Positions 1 to 9,313 of a stretch of 64,000 nucleotides of DNA are shown in pieces. Location: the NCBI GenBank assembly GCA_047456315.1, contig CP179889.1, forward strand, positions 384,776 to 448,775, in the 5' to 3' direction. The notes below the pieces were generated by a model that was not told where the DNA came from, did no database searches, and saw only the letters and a program-made list of their open reading frames with translations. Source of the stretch: Candidatus Nealsonbacteria bacterium. Lineage in GTDB: Bacteria > Patescibacteriota > Minisyncoccia > Minisyncoccales > JANBVM01. How positions within the stretch are numbered: the stretch's first letter is position 1; every line of letters begins with the position of its first letter. A program made the position numbers and the translations under genes.

Positions 1-110
1 TGATTGCCAGGGCAAAGGATAATTTAGAATTTGAAAGGCACAGGATAGAACGAGATAAAAGATTATTTCCTAAAAAGAAAAAAGCTAAAACTCGCTGTGA
101 ATACTTATGA
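1..110 (+). CDS. hypothetical protein, 3' end (partial at window edge)
   Basis: Frame open from window edge to TGA 108-110. Stop overlaps next ATG (ATGA). Confidence 0.3.
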   Translation, partial: IARAKDNLEFERHRIERDKRLFPKKKKAKTRCEYL

Positions 111-274
111 AAAAACTTATCAAACACCCTTTTATAGACATTACTCCACAACAACTTGAAGCGATGTCAAGAAAAGAACGCAATGACTATTTAACTAAGA
201 TTGGTTGGAACGTTAAAAGTCCAAACAAAAAGGCCGAACCAATTATTAAAATAAAACCTAAAAACTATGGTTGA
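107..274 (+). CDS. small hypothetical protein (55 aa)
   Basis: ATG 107, TGA 272-274. Overlaps both neighbours; tight packing typical of phage/mobile-element small genes. Confidence 0.3.
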   Translation: MKKLIKHPFIDITPQQLEAMSRKERNDYLTKIGWNVKSPNKKAEPIIKIKPKNYG

Positions 275-431
275 AATTGATTCAAAAGACTTACCCAAAA
301 CAGACAAAAGGTTTCAAGAGGAAAAAGCAGAGGCCAGAAGAAAACTTAGAAAGGGCTTACAGGAAGCGTTGGAATCCTCAAGAAAACTAAGTGCCAGTCT
401 TCAAAGACAGCTTAATGAGATTGGCAAATAA
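267..431 (+). CDS. small charged/coiled-coil protein (54 aa)
   Basis: ATG 267, TAA 429-431. Overlaps the previous ORF by 8 nt. Confidence 0.3.
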   Translation: MVEIDSKDLPKTDKRFQEEKAEARRKLRKGLQEALESSRKLSASLQRQLNEIGK

Positions 432-509
432 GAAAGCCGAATGGGGTTGTGAGGTTTGTTGACCATTGGAACTTCCAACCCCAAAACTAAAAACTAAATT
501 AAAAAAAAT

Positions 510-1121
510 ATGCCAAAATACGACAAGTATTTCAGACCAGCAGGAACGCCAAGTTTAGACGATGAGGAAGATTTGAAACAGAAGAAAAAAGAGGAGTTGT
601 GGGAAAAAGAAAACAAGAAGAAGTTAAAAGAATTAGCTTTAACAACTGAGATAGAGGGGAAATATAACTCAATGATAAGAGCAATTTTAACTGGCGAAAG
701 CAAACCGAATGAATTTTTAGGATTTGAGAAGTTAGATTATACTCCCGAAGAATACGCTAATTTGATGTTAGATAAATCTTTTAATATGTTGATTGGAAAA
801 AAGAAAGAGTTGAGAGAGGCAAGGGAATCAGCAGTAAAAAGAAATAGAGAAATGAAAGCACTGGCAAAAACAACTGGCAAGTCAGTAGATTTATTTAATT
901 TTGATAAGATATTTAAGGAGATGTCCGAAGTAGAAAGCAAAGAATATATTGAGAGGTTTTTCTTTGAAGAAGAATCTGTTGAGCCACACGATTTAAAACC
1001 TGAAATTGACAGAAAAGTAAAACCTAAGAAAGAAGAAAAAGAACCTGAAACAGAAACCGAACCCTTGCTTTATAAATCCCCTGAAGCCGAAGAAAATAAA
1101 GACTTTGATTGGGACAAGTAG
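510..1121 (+). CDS. hypothetical K/E-rich protein
   Basis: 203-aa ORF, highly charged, no recognisable motif. Confidence 0.5.
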   Translation: MPKYDKYFRPAGTPSLDDEEDLKQKKKEELWEKENKKKLKELALTTEIEGKYNSMIRAILTGESKPNEFLGFEKLDYTPEEYANLMLDKSFNMLIGKKKELREARESAVKRNREMKALAKTTGKSVDLFNFDKIFKEMSEVESKEYIERFFFEEESVEPHDLKPEIDRKVKPKKEEKEPETETEPLLYKSPEAEENKDFDWDK

Positions 1122-1263
1122 AGGTTAAAATCGTTTTAAAAGCTATTTAAACGCTTATAACAAGGTTTTTATAGCTAAGTTAGTATTTTATACCAATCCA
1201 AAGAAAAAGCTGAGCCTAAACTCAGCTAAAAAGAGAATCATCAAAACTTGATGTGAAGTTAAA

Positions 1264-1866
1264 CTAATTTTCTCTTTTAGTTTTCCACCAATCAATAATC
1301 GTTAGGAAGGTAAAAGTTCCAATGATTAAAAGCAGAAACAAAATTACCAATTCTAAATTCTGAGTTCCTAAACTGGCAAGGCCTAATCTTGATTTGAATT
1401 GATAAAAGAATTGCCTGATATAATCCCACCAATGCCAAGTTCCGATTACTTCAAAGGTTAAAACATTGGCTACCTTAACTGACAATGAAGTTCCATTAGA
1501 AGATTCAGTTTCTAATAAGCCAATCGCTACCCTTGTTTTATAGATTCCTGTCATAGCTTTTTTTGGAACTCTTAATTTACATTTTACAATTCCTGAAGCG
1601 TCTATCTTTATTTTTTTATCGCACTTAAACCAATCAACATCAGGCATTAAGTATTCGTTTCCCAATTCTTCTTTCGTGTAATTAAGAATTTCAACATCAA
1701 AAGATTTCCTTTCATCAAACCTATTCAGAATCGTAAAAGCCAATTCTATTTTCTTTCCTCTTTTCAAATCTGTTATATTCGTCTTGCTCGGCATTAAACC
1801 AAAATCAGCAGAACAAGAAAGTGCTATTGAGAAAAGAATAATTATTATTACAAATCTTTTAATCAT
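1264..1866 (-). CDS. secreted protein with C-terminal TM anchor
   Basis: N-terminal signal peptide (MIKRFVIIIILFSIALSCSA), beta-rich middle, C-terminal TM helix followed by WWKTKREN. Confidence 0.6.
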   Translation of the reverse strand: MIKRFVIIIILFSIALSCSADFGLMPSKTNITDLKRGKKIELAFTILNRFDERKSFDVEILNYTKEELGNEYLMPDVDWFKCDKKIKIDASGIVKCKLRVPKKAMTGIYKTRVAIGLLETESSNGTSLSVKVANVLTFEVIGTWHWWDYIRQFFYQFKSRLGLASLGTQNLELVILFLLLIIGTFTFLTIIDWWKTKREN

Positions 1867-1874
1867 AGTTCTTT

Positions 1875-2357
1875 TTAGAGGGCTTCAGCTAAAACAAAGA
1901 TATTCCAACTTTGAGCTGAAGTAGCTGAAGATGTTATTGGAGTTTGAAACATCATTTGGAAAGCTCCAATCTCTCCAACAATAAAACTACTATCAACGAT
2001 TGTGTAAGCAGAAGTGGTCAATGCAACTGCACCATCATCTCCTAAACTAATCCCTATGTAAAAGGATTCATCTCCTGCAATATCCATTACCCAATTTTCA
2101 CTATCACTTCCCATAACGCTGATTTTCGTTGTTATTAGTCCAGTATTTTCAGCAGTTGGAATTGGCTCTGTTAAATCTCTTGTTCTGTAAGTTGAAGCCA
2201 AATCAACATCTCCCCAGTCGTAAGTAAGAGGGGAAACTGAAAGAGATATATAAACAGGATTAGCTGTGTTAGAGATAACAGCAGAATTCTGCTGACCTAA
2301 AGCAATGCCTCCAACAGCCAACAAAAGAATTGTAATCGCTATAAGTTTTTTAATCAT
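1875..2357 (-). CDS. secreted hypothetical protein
   Basis: Signal peptide MIKKLIAITILLLAVGGIALG, S/T-rich mature part. 8 nt upstream of the next gene. Confidence 0.6.
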   Translation of the reverse strand: MIKKLIAITILLLAVGGIALGQQNSAVISNTANPVYISLSVSPLTYDWGDVDLASTYRTRDLTEPIPTAENTGLITTKISVMGSDSENWVMDIAGDESFYIGISLGDDGAVALTTSAYTIVDSSFIVGEIGAFQMMFQTPITSSATSAQSWNIFVLAEAL

Positions 2358-2531
2358 TTTAGTAAGCTGATTTATTTTAATAATTTAGCGTCAAGAACCG
2401 ACCTTTTGACTTTTCTTGATTCCTGTTGTAAGGTGTTTTTGCCAACCAAAAAAACTGATGTTAAAGCTGAAGTTTTTTGGTTGGTTTTATTTAGTTTTTA
2501 AATTTTAAAGTTGATTTCTAATACCTCTTTA

Positions 2532-2560
2532 ATTATCTAAAAATCAAAACTCTGTGTCAA
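2532..2560 (-). promoter_or_regulatory. sigma70-like promoter for 1875-2357 / 1264-1866
   Basis: On the minus strand: TTGACA (2555-2560), 17 nt spacer, GATAAT (2532-2537). Confidence 0.5.
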
Positions 2561-2597
2561 ATAACTTGGTTAAAGATTTTATACCTTTTTTCATATT

Positions 2598-2627
2598 GCA
2601 AAAAACACTCCCTTAATTGAGAATGTT
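2598..2627 (-). terminator. intrinsic terminator after cohesin-like gene (copy 1)
   Basis: 9-bp stem 2604-2612/2619-2627. Its two non-Watson-Crick pairs are G:U only on the minus-strand RNA. Followed by a U-run on that strand. Confidence 0.55.
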
Positions 2628-2743
2628 TTTGATTTTACTCCTTTGAAATTTCTTCTTTAATAAGCAATTAAGTCTGATTTTTCTGAAATAGTCTCCACTC
2701 CTTGATACTGATTAGAACCTACTAAATGTGAGTGCAAAATCTA

Positions 2744-3505
2744 TTAAGGTTTTTTACGACGCAATCTTAGAATAAAATAGACTAGAATTGCCAAGGTTAT
2801 TACCCCTACGAAAAGACCTATCCAAATATTATCAGTTCCAAAGGATAAAATATTACCGATTGTTGCTAAAAAAGTTGTTTGTCCTATTAATGTTGAAGTT
2901 TGTTCATCACCCGGCTCTTCTTCAGCTTGTGTAGATGTAGAAACAGTTTCTGTTATTACTTCTTCTTCTGTGATAACTTCTTCCTCTGGTTCAGGTTCAA
3001 GCTCAGACTCTGGCTCTGATATTGGCAATGCTATTACAACAGATGTTTGAGCTAACACGCCATTAAGAACATCTTGATTGGTTGCATCAAGAATAAAAGA
3101 ATTATCCCCTACCTTAATAACTCCGCTTCCAGTTTGTTCAGCTGAAAATGAAATAATACCAAAAGTTATAGGTTCAGAAATACCGCCAGGATAACCAGCT
3201 GTCTTAATAAGAAGCCCGTTTTCATTATCAATTAAGTCATATCCTTGTTGTGAAAGCACTATCCAGTTATTTGCCAAGGTAAACGTTCTTACCTCTAAAA
3301 GATTGGCTGGATATTGAAGTTCTACTTTCACTGTATAGTTCTTAACGCCTTGAGGATTGATTGTTATTACCTGGTTAAAATTTTGTCCTTGAGTAATATT
3401 AATACTTGCTGGTGAAAGTAAAAGAGCAGTAGATGCCAACACAGGCATTGCTAAGACTACTGTCCCCAATGCTCCTAATATAATCGTAAATATAGTTTTA
3501 TTCAT
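2744..3505 (-). CDS. cohesin-like surface anchor protein, copy 1
   Basis: Signal peptide, cohesin-like beta domain (ITQGQNF..VKVELQYPANLLEV..ITFGIISFSAEQTGSGVIKV), acidic E/P linker, C-terminal TM + RLRRKKP. ATG at 3505 preferred over the TTG at 3526. Confidence 0.65.
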   Translation of the reverse strand: MNKTIFTIILGALGTVVLAMPVLASTALLLSPASINITQGQNFNQVITINPQGVKNYTVKVELQYPANLLEVRTFTLANNWIVLSQQGYDLIDNENGLLIKTAGYPGGISEPITFGIISFSAEQTGSGVIKVGDNSFILDATNQDVLNGVLAQTSVVIALPISEPESELEPEPEEEVITEEEVITETVSTSTQAEEEPGDEQTSTLIGQTTFLATIGNILSFGTDNIWIGLFVGVITLAILVYFILRLRRKKP

Positions 3506-3510
3506 AGTTT

Positions 3511-4209
3511 TTATAGATTTACCCAATGAATCATTAATAAATTAAAATCAAAAATATCAACCTTTCCGTCGCTGTTAAAATCAGCAATATTATTTGTGCT
3601 TGTGCTTCCCCAGTTGACCATTAATGTATTGAAATCCAGAACATCAATCTTATCATCGTTATTGGTATCAACTGCCTGAGCATCTTCGCTAAGCTTACTG
3701 GTAGAGACAGGAGGAGTGTAGGTGCTACCGCCTCCACCTATCACTACTGGTGGAGTTATGTATTCTTCTTTATCACTAGTTCCTTTTAATGCAAGAGTGA
3801 AGGCGTATTCTCCTGGACAAAGATTTGAAGCAGTCTTTATTTTAAGATTTGATTGAGTCTCGCCCTTAACAATACTAAAGCCAATAAATACGAATTTATC
3901 GCCATTCCATTGCATTTTTGAAGTTTGACCATCATACCAAATGTCAATTCCTCCTATCTCAAAAGAATTTCCACAAATGCCTTGATAATCAATATCTAAA
4001 ATTGCTGTTCCAATAAGAATTTCACCAGTATTATTAGTAAGTTTCAGCTCAGCAACGCAACTATCACCGCTATATTGAATATCGCATTCTTTAGAAGATA
4101 GTTCTAAAATAAGTTTATCATTTTGAGCTTGGACAGAATAAACCCCAAAACAACCTCCTAAAAGAAAGGCTAAAAATAGAACTATTAAACTTTTTGATAT
4201 TTTATTCAT
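3511..4209 (-). CDS. secreted dockerin-domain protein, copy 1
   Basis: Signal peptide. C-terminus has two dockerin Ca-binding repeats: DTNNDDKIDVLDFNTLMVNW and DFNSDGKVDIFDFNLLMIHW. Confidence 0.75.
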   Translation of the reverse strand: MNKISKSLIVLFLAFLLGGCFGVYSVQAQNDKLILELSSKECDIQYSGDSCVAELKLTNNTGEILIGTAILDIDYQGICGNSFEIGGIDIWYDGQTSKMQWNGDKFVFIGFSIVKGETQSNLKIKTASNLCPGEYAFTLALKGTSDKEEYITPPVVIGGGGSTYTPPVSTSKLSEDAQAVDTNNDDKIDVLDFNTLMVNWGSTSTNNIADFNSDGKVDIFDFNLLMIHWVNL

Positions 4210-4212
4210 AAT

Positions 4213-4278
4213 CAGAGGTAAACTTACTTCAAAGAAATAAACTTACCTCTGATAGCCATTTCTTGTGATGGCTATCAG
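4213..4278 (-). promoter_or_regulatory. conserved double hairpin between subunit gene and dockerin gene (copy 1)
   Basis: 11-bp stem 4249-4259/4268-4278 and 9-bp stem 4213-4221/4243-4251 share 3 nt. The same architecture occurs at 36591-36655. Confidence 0.5.
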
Positions 4279-4286
4279 TTTTCCTT

Positions 4287-4898
4287 CTACTCTACTGGCA
4301 CCACTAAGTTTGTGAATCCATAGGTTCCTAATGCATTTGATTTGAATGTCACTACTATTTTGCTTACATCTGTTTCTCCTACATTCCAATCACTTGTTGC
4401 ACCATTTCCCTTACTATCAAATTTCACTGTGTTAGCATCAACTTGAACACAGATTGGAAGTGCGTCATTTTCTTTTCCATATCCGAGGTCGCCGTAAATA
4501 CTATCTACCCTAACTGTCACACTCTCAAAGTCAGCACAAGTTACTCCTAATGGATTTGTTACGATAGCTTCTTCATATCCCCAAATGTGTGCATCTGCCA
4601 TATTTGCACTCATTGTATAAAGTGTTACTGCTTCTCCACCCTTAGTTCCATCAATTGAAAGTGTTCCTGTCGTTGTCCAATCAGCTAAATTATGCGATTC
4701 TGCTGGGTAGGCATCTGCGTCCCAACCTTCAAGACCCAATGAAATTCCTACAACAATTGGTGATTCTACTGTTATATCTGCTTTTACGGTATTACTTAAA
4801 TAATCCACTAATGCAGCACTAACTACACTAGTTATTACTAAACCAATCACAACCATTGCAATAGGGCTCTTTTTAAGTAAATTCTTTATTTTGTTCAT
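4287..4898 (-). CDS. putative secreted fibre/major subunit protein (TasA/pilin-like leader), copy 1
   Basis: N-terminus MNKIKNLLKKSPIAMVVIGLVITSVVSAALVDYLSN, beta-rich body. Paralog of 35857-36567. Confidence 0.6.
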   Translation of the reverse strand: MNKIKNLLKKSPIAMVVIGLVITSVVSAALVDYLSNTVKADITVESPIVVGISLGLEGWDADAYPAESHNLADWTTTGTLSIDGTKGGEAVTLYTMSANMADAHIWGYEEAIVTNPLGVTCADFESVTVRVDSIYGDLGYGKENDALPICVQVDANTVKFDSKGNGATSDWNVGETDVSKIVVTFKSNALGTYGFTNLVVPVE

Positions 4899-5059
4899 AT
4901 TTTCTTACTATTTTCAATTACTTCTTATACTGATATAACCCCTCAGTTTTGGGACGACCTTTTTTGATAGATAATTTAGTCTATATTAAGCTCTTGGGGG
5001 TGTCAAGTAGGCGTTTGAAAGATGTCAAGTGATGGTAAAAAATTACATATTCAGAACTA

Positions 5060-5089
5060 TTGACATATTTCTATGGACAAGTGTATAAT
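5060..5089 (+). promoter_or_regulatory. sigma70-like promoter
   Basis: TTGACA 5060-5065, 18 nt spacer, TATAAT 5084-5089. Just upstream of ORF 5098-5268. Confidence 0.5.
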
Positions 5090-5097
5090 GAAAGTAT

Positions 5098-5268
5098 ATG
5101 AGCAATAAAAAAACTAAAATAACGATAGATAGGACAAGATACAGACAATTTAAAAGAGACCAAAAACGCCTTTTAAAAATTAAGGGTTATATTGATTCAA
5201 TTAAACAAATTCTTGATAGATGGGACAAAGGCAAAGGCAAAAGAAAAATAACTATAACAGATTATTAA
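5098..5268 (+). CDS. small basic protein (56 aa)
   Basis: ATG 5098, TAA 5266-5268. K/R-rich, preceded by a strong promoter. Confidence 0.35.
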   Translation: MSNKKTKITIDRTRYRQFKRDQKRLLKIKGYIDSIKQILDRWDKGKGKRKITITDY

Positions 5269-5277
5269 ACAAATTTA

Positions 5278-5526
5278 ATGAAAAGACAAACATTCATTAA
5301 AATCATTGCTGGATTAACTATTCTTGCTAATGTCCCATCAGCAGTAAATAAGAGCTTATTAGCATTCTTGATAGACGCTACTTTTAGCACAGCTATTAAT
5401 GTTGTTTTTTTAATGGTAATTTTTATGATTTATGATTTTGCTGTTAAGCAAATTAAATCTATAAAAGAAAATGAAAAAGAAAAGGAAAAGAAGGTGGGAA
5501 AAACTGCCTCAGGTTCTAATAGATGA
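5278..5526 (+). CDS. small membrane protein
   Basis: 82-aa ORF with two hydrophobic segments and a K/E-rich tail. Confidence 0.35.
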   Translation: MKRQTFIKIIAGLTILANVPSAVNKSLLAFLIDATFSTAINVVFLMVIFMIYDFAVKQIKSIKENEKEKEKKVGKTASGSNR

Positions 5527-5641
5527 AATCAGAGAACAACACAAGGGAGGTTGTTATAAGAACGAGATAGCTCGGTTTTTAGGAATAGATAAACATTCAG
5601 TTTTTAATTATGTTGAGAAAAAAACAATGGTCGGTAAATAA
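5471..5641 (+). CDS. small helix-turn-helix protein (56 aa)
   Basis: Alternative frame overlapping the end of 5278-5526. Basic N-terminus then an HTH-like YKNEIARFLGIDKHSVFNYVEK. Confidence 0.4.
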   Translation: MKKKRKRRWEKLPQVLIDEIREQHKGGCYKNEIARFLGIDKHSVFNYVEKKTMVGK

Positions 5642-5722
5642 AAGATAATTAAATAATAGTTGCAGAGTAGGGGTTGGAAGTTTAGGCAACTATTCTTACA
5701 ACTCCTACCCTTAACAAAAATT

Positions 5723-5857
5723 ATGGCAAAAAAACAGAAAAGAAAGAAGCTGACTAAACTAGTTGTGAAATTTGAACCGAGTTCTAATCATAAAGAAGAA
5801 TTTGCACAATTTGTAAATGATGTTTTGTCTAATAAAAATAATAAAAAAGAATTATGA
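5723..5857 (+). CDS. small basic protein coupled to recombinase (candidate accessory/RDF)
   Basis: MAKKQKRKK... 44 aa. Stop overlaps the recombinase ATG (ATGA at 5854-5857). Confidence 0.4.
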   Translation: MAKKQKRKKLTKLVVKFEPSSNHKEEFAQFVNDVLSNKNNKKEL

Positions 5858-7446
5858 AAAAAGTAGCTATCTATGTAAGGGTATCAACCCAAAGACAAAA
5901 AGATGAAAGGACTATTGAGAGCCAATTATCAGCATTGAGGGAAATCTGTAAAGACTTTAAAATAGTTAAAGAATATGTTGATGATGGTTGGAGTGGTGGA
6001 ACTTTAGCAAGACCCTCTTTGGATAAAATGAGAGATGACGCTAAAGAAGGTTTATTTAAGGCTCTTTACATTTACTCTGCTGATAGGTTGAGCAGAGACC
6101 ATCTTAACCAGCTCATAGTATTAAAAGAATTGGAAAAAGAAAAGATTGAAGTAGTCTTTAAGAATAGAGTATTAACAGAAGAAAATAAGCTCTTAACAGA
6201 TATTGAGAGCTTATTAGCTGAACACGAGAAAAAGCAATTTATGGAGAGAAGTCGCAGGGGCAAATTACACAAAGCAAAGAATGGGAAAATCATCAGGAGT
6301 TGTGCCTCTTATGGTTATAGATTTATTAAAGACAAGAAAGGGGAATGGCAGTTAAAGATAGAACCTGAAGAAGCAAAGATTGTAAAACTTATCTTCAGTC
6401 TTTATCTTGAACACCAGACCATTACTGGAACAAGCAAAGCATTTCATTCAAAGAAAATACGCTATGGGGATAATAAGATTTGGAGACCGCAGGGAATTGC
6501 CAGAGTTCTAAAGAATGAGACTTATGTCGGTAATTGGTATTATAACAAGACTAAAAGCTCCGAGCCAAAGAATAAGAGAATGAAGTTTAACAGAAAAGTT
6601 AAATCAAGCAAGGTAAAGAACGACAGGAAAGATTGGTTAATGGTTAAAGTCCCTGCCATAATTGACAGAGGAACATTTGATAAGGTTCAGGAGTTAAGGA
6701 AAAGGAATTTTAAACTCTATGGCGAAACAAAACAAACCTATCTTTTGGGTGGCTTGATGAGGTGTGGTAAGTGTGGCTCAAGAATAGTAGGGATTTGCCA
6801 TCGGAATAAGTATTTTTATTATGTATGTAGTTCAAAACCCAAGAGTTTTCCTGAAGTCTTTAAGTGTGATTTCAAAGCAATAAAGAAACAGGAGATTGAG
6901 AGCTTTGTTTGGAGTAAGATAAAAGAAGCATTACAGAATCCTAAAATCCTTTTTCAATATATTTTCCAATTAAAAAAAGGAGACAAGGATAGCCAGTCAT
7001 TAGAAGAATTAAAACAAGGATTACTGGAACATAAAGTTAATACAAGAAGAAAGAAAGATGAGGTGTGGCGACTTTGGGACATAGACCTTATGGGCAGAGA
7101 TGAATTTGAGGCAAAGATAGAGAACTATACTTTGATTGAAAGAGAAATTGAAAGAGACCTCAAGGGAATTGAAGTAAAATTGGCTCAAACTACTATTAAG
7201 CAGGATATAATCAGCAGTCTAAAAGAATTTGCCAGATTGACCAAAAATCAGCTTGACACATTGAAACCTAAGCAGATAAAGAAACTGCTTAGGAGCATTA
7301 TAAAGACGATTGATTATAATCCTGACACAAAGGCAATGAAAATAGTTGGCTATATCCCAATTACTAAGCCTTCTCCAAAGAAAATTAAGGAACTAATGAA
7401 GCTACCTATACCAACCTTTGACTTCGTCTCAACACAAGAAAAGTAA
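5854..7446 (+). CDS. large serine recombinase (phage-integrase type)
   Basis: Resolvase catalytic N-terminus VAIYVRVSTQRQ, recombinase domain, Zn-ribbon CGKCGSR...YYVCS, C-terminal coiled coil. 530 aa. Confidence 0.93.
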   Translation: MKKVAIYVRVSTQRQKDERTIESQLSALREICKDFKIVKEYVDDGWSGGTLARPSLDKMRDDAKEGLFKALYIYSADRLSRDHLNQLIVLKELEKEKIEVVFKNRVLTEENKLLTDIESLLAEHEKKQFMERSRRGKLHKAKNGKIIRSCASYGYRFIKDKKGEWQLKIEPEEAKIVKLIFSLYLEHQTITGTSKAFHSKKIRYGDNKIWRPQGIARVLKNETYVGNWYYNKTKSSEPKNKRMKFNRKVKSSKVKNDRKDWLMVKVPAIIDRGTFDKVQELRKRNFKLYGETKQTYLLGGLMRCGKCGSRIVGICHRNKYFYYVCSSKPKSFPEVFKCDFKAIKKQEIESFVWSKIKEALQNPKILFQYIFQLKKGDKDSQSLEELKQGLLEHKVNTRRKKDEVWRLWDIDLMGRDEFEAKIENYTLIEREIERDLKGIEVKLAQTTIKQDIISSLKEFARLTKNQLDTLKPKQIKKLLRSIIKTIDYNPDTKAMKIVGYIPITKPSPKKIKELMKLPIPTFDFVSTQEK

Positions 7447-7976
7447 TGAAGAAATTGGGTGTTTTTGATTTAGAAAACATGGAAATACCTCCTAGGATTT
7501 ATAACTTTGATGAAAGAAAATGGGTTAAAAAACAAATTCCAGATGGTAAATTTCTTAAAACAGCTTCAGTAACTGAATTCTTAGAAAGAGCTGACAAGTT
7601 AATACTCTTGCCTAATTTAAAAACTCATTCATACGCTCAATTTACCGGGGCATTAAAACTCTCAGTTGGTTTTATGAGGCCGATTGAAAGGGTTCGTTTA
7701 CACCTGAAGAATCTACAGGAGAAAATAGCTGAATTGAATAAATTGATTAACCCTCATCTAATAATTATGGATGGGAGAAAGTGCTTTATAAATAAAGGGC
7801 CAGCTTCAGGGGAATTAGCTGAGCCAAACTTAATCCTTGCTTCAGAGAGTCGAATAGATATTGACGTTGAAGGAATAAAAATAATCCAGAGTTTTAAAGG
7901 CAATTCTTTGAAAAACATTAATCCTTTAGAAATGCCTCAAATTAAAAAAGCAATAGAATTTGGAATTGAACAATGA
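7446..7976 (+). CDS. DUF362-family protein, C-terminal part only (possibly truncated by insertion)
   Basis: Matches the DUF362 C-terminal half (LLPNLKTHSYAQFTGALKLSVGF...IIMDGRKCFINKGP). The N-terminal part expected for the family is absent. ATG overlaps the recombinase stop (TAATG). Confidence 0.55.
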   Translation: MKKLGVFDLENMEIPPRIYNFDERKWVKKQIPDGKFLKTASVTEFLERADKLILLPNLKTHSYAQFTGALKLSVGFMRPIERVRLHLKNLQEKIAELNKLINPHLIIMDGRKCFINKGPASGELAEPNLILASESRIDIDVEGIKIIQSFKGNSLKNINPLEMPQIKKAIEFGIEQ

Positions 7977-9247
7977 GAAAAATTAATAAATTGTTTAAGA
8001 ATAGATATTTTGCAGCTTTTTTTATTTTTGCAATACTGTTTTTTTTAAAAGATTATTTAATTCCTTTGGAAGAATCTATTTCTTTACTGGAACAGGAATA
8101 TAAAACAGAAGAGGAGTATGGATTTAAAAAGGATCAAAATAAAGAGATTTTAGCTGATAAAGAGCTTTTACCTGCTACGATTGTGAAAACATCTACCTCT
8201 ACTGAAAGTGAAATTAAAAGATCAACCTTTAAGGCGCCAGAGATAGTAAAAGCAATTTATTTAACAAGCTGGTCAGCTGCCACTTCTTATAGGATAAATT
8301 ATGCCATTGACTTAGCTAAGAGCACAGAGATTAATGCAGTAGTTATTGATATTAAGGACTGGTCAGGACATATCAGCTATAATACTGAGGTGCTTGAAGC
8401 TCAAGAATATAATGCTGAGAGATTTTTAATAGCAGACGTTAAAGCGCTTGTTGAAAGATTTCACAAAGAGGGGATTTACACCATTGCCAGAATCACTGTT
8501 TTTCAGGACCCTGTTTTAGCCTGGTCAAGACCTGATTTAGCAGTCAGAAGAAAAACAGATAAGTCATTGTTATGGCTTGACAGGTCAGGATTAGCTTGGG
8601 TTGATCCTGCTGCTAAAGAATCATGGGATTATAATATTGCTATTGCTAAAGATATTTTAAATCAAGGTTTTGACGAATTGAATTTTGACTATATTCGTTT
8701 TCCTTCTGATGGTGATCTGAGCGATTTGAGTTTTTCTTTTTGGGACAGCACTAGCACTACAAGGGTTTCAGTAATTAGTGATTTCTATGCTTACTTAAGG
8801 GAAAAGCTTCCTGATGCTGTTTTGTCAGCTGATCTTTTCGGGCTTATTACAGAGAAATCTGATTTAGGTATTGGTCAGAAAATTGAACACGCTTATCAGT
8901 ATTTTGATTTTGTTTGTCCTATGGTTTATCCTTCTCATTATGCGCCAATGTATTTGGGTTATGAAAATCCTGCTGAGTATCCTTATGAAGTGATTAAAAA
9001 CGCAATGGAAAATGGTTTAATTAAACTTAATGCTTTTAGAAATACCACTTCAACAAAAGCCAAGCTGCGGCCATGGCTTCAGGATTTTGACTTAGGGGCT
9101 GATTATGGGAAAGAAGAGGTAAAATTAGAAATTAAAGCTGTTAAAGACGCCCTAGGAGATGATTTTTCAGGTTTTATGCTGTGGAGCCCAGATAATTTTT
9201 ATACCAAAGAAGCTCTTTCAGCGACAACCCAAGATTTATTTAAATAA
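7973..9247 (+). CDS. putative glycoside hydrolase-like protein (DUF4015/GHL family)
   Basis: N-terminal TM. TIM-barrel-like blocks INAVVIDIKD, YTIARITVFQD, NFDYIRFPSDG. Confidence 0.65.
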   Translation: MRKINKLFKNRYFAAFFIFAILFFLKDYLIPLEESISLLEQEYKTEEEYGFKKDQNKEILADKELLPATIVKTSTSTESEIKRSTFKAPEIVKAIYLTSWSAATSYRINYAIDLAKSTEINAVVIDIKDWSGHISYNTEVLEAQEYNAERFLIADVKALVERFHKEGIYTIARITVFQDPVLAWSRPDLAVRRKTDKSLLWLDRSGLAWVDPAAKESWDYNIAIAKDILNQGFDELNFDYIRFPSDGDLSDLSFSFWDSTSTTRVSVISDFYAYLREKLPDAVLSADLFGLITEKSDLGIGQKIEHAYQYFDFVCPMVYPSHYAPMYLGYENPAEYPYEVIKNAMENGLIKLNAFRNTTSTKAKLRPWLQDFDLGADYGKEEVKLEIKAVKDALGDDFSGFMLWSPDNFYTKEALSATTQDLFK

Positions 9248-9313
9248 TTTAACAGGGCTAAAATAGTGATTTTAAAATTGACATGAACTTCGAAAGTAAT
9301 ATAATAAAATATT

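Larger units (their letters stand above)
2744..4965. repeat. paralogous 3-gene cassette, copy 1 (inverted relative to 35788-38121)
   Basis: Same gene order and near-identical leaders, dockerin and cohesin parts. Shared upstream box AAAGGTCG(T/A)CC about 60 nt before the first ATG. Confidence 0.8.
1..7446. mobile_element. putative integrated element, right end at serine recombinase (left end outside window)
   Basis: Small packed ORFs, HTH genes, a terminal serine recombinase and an apparently truncated gene at the junction. Confidence 0.4.

Noticed and set aside
2442-2484. 12-bp A/T-rich stem (CCAACCAAAAAA / TTTTTTGGTTGG) as terminator of the cohesin-like gene.
   Set aside because: It lies downstream of the 2532-2560 promoter, in the leader of the next gene, and lacks a U-tail on the minus strand. 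The better terminator is at 2598-2627. Its role is unresolved.
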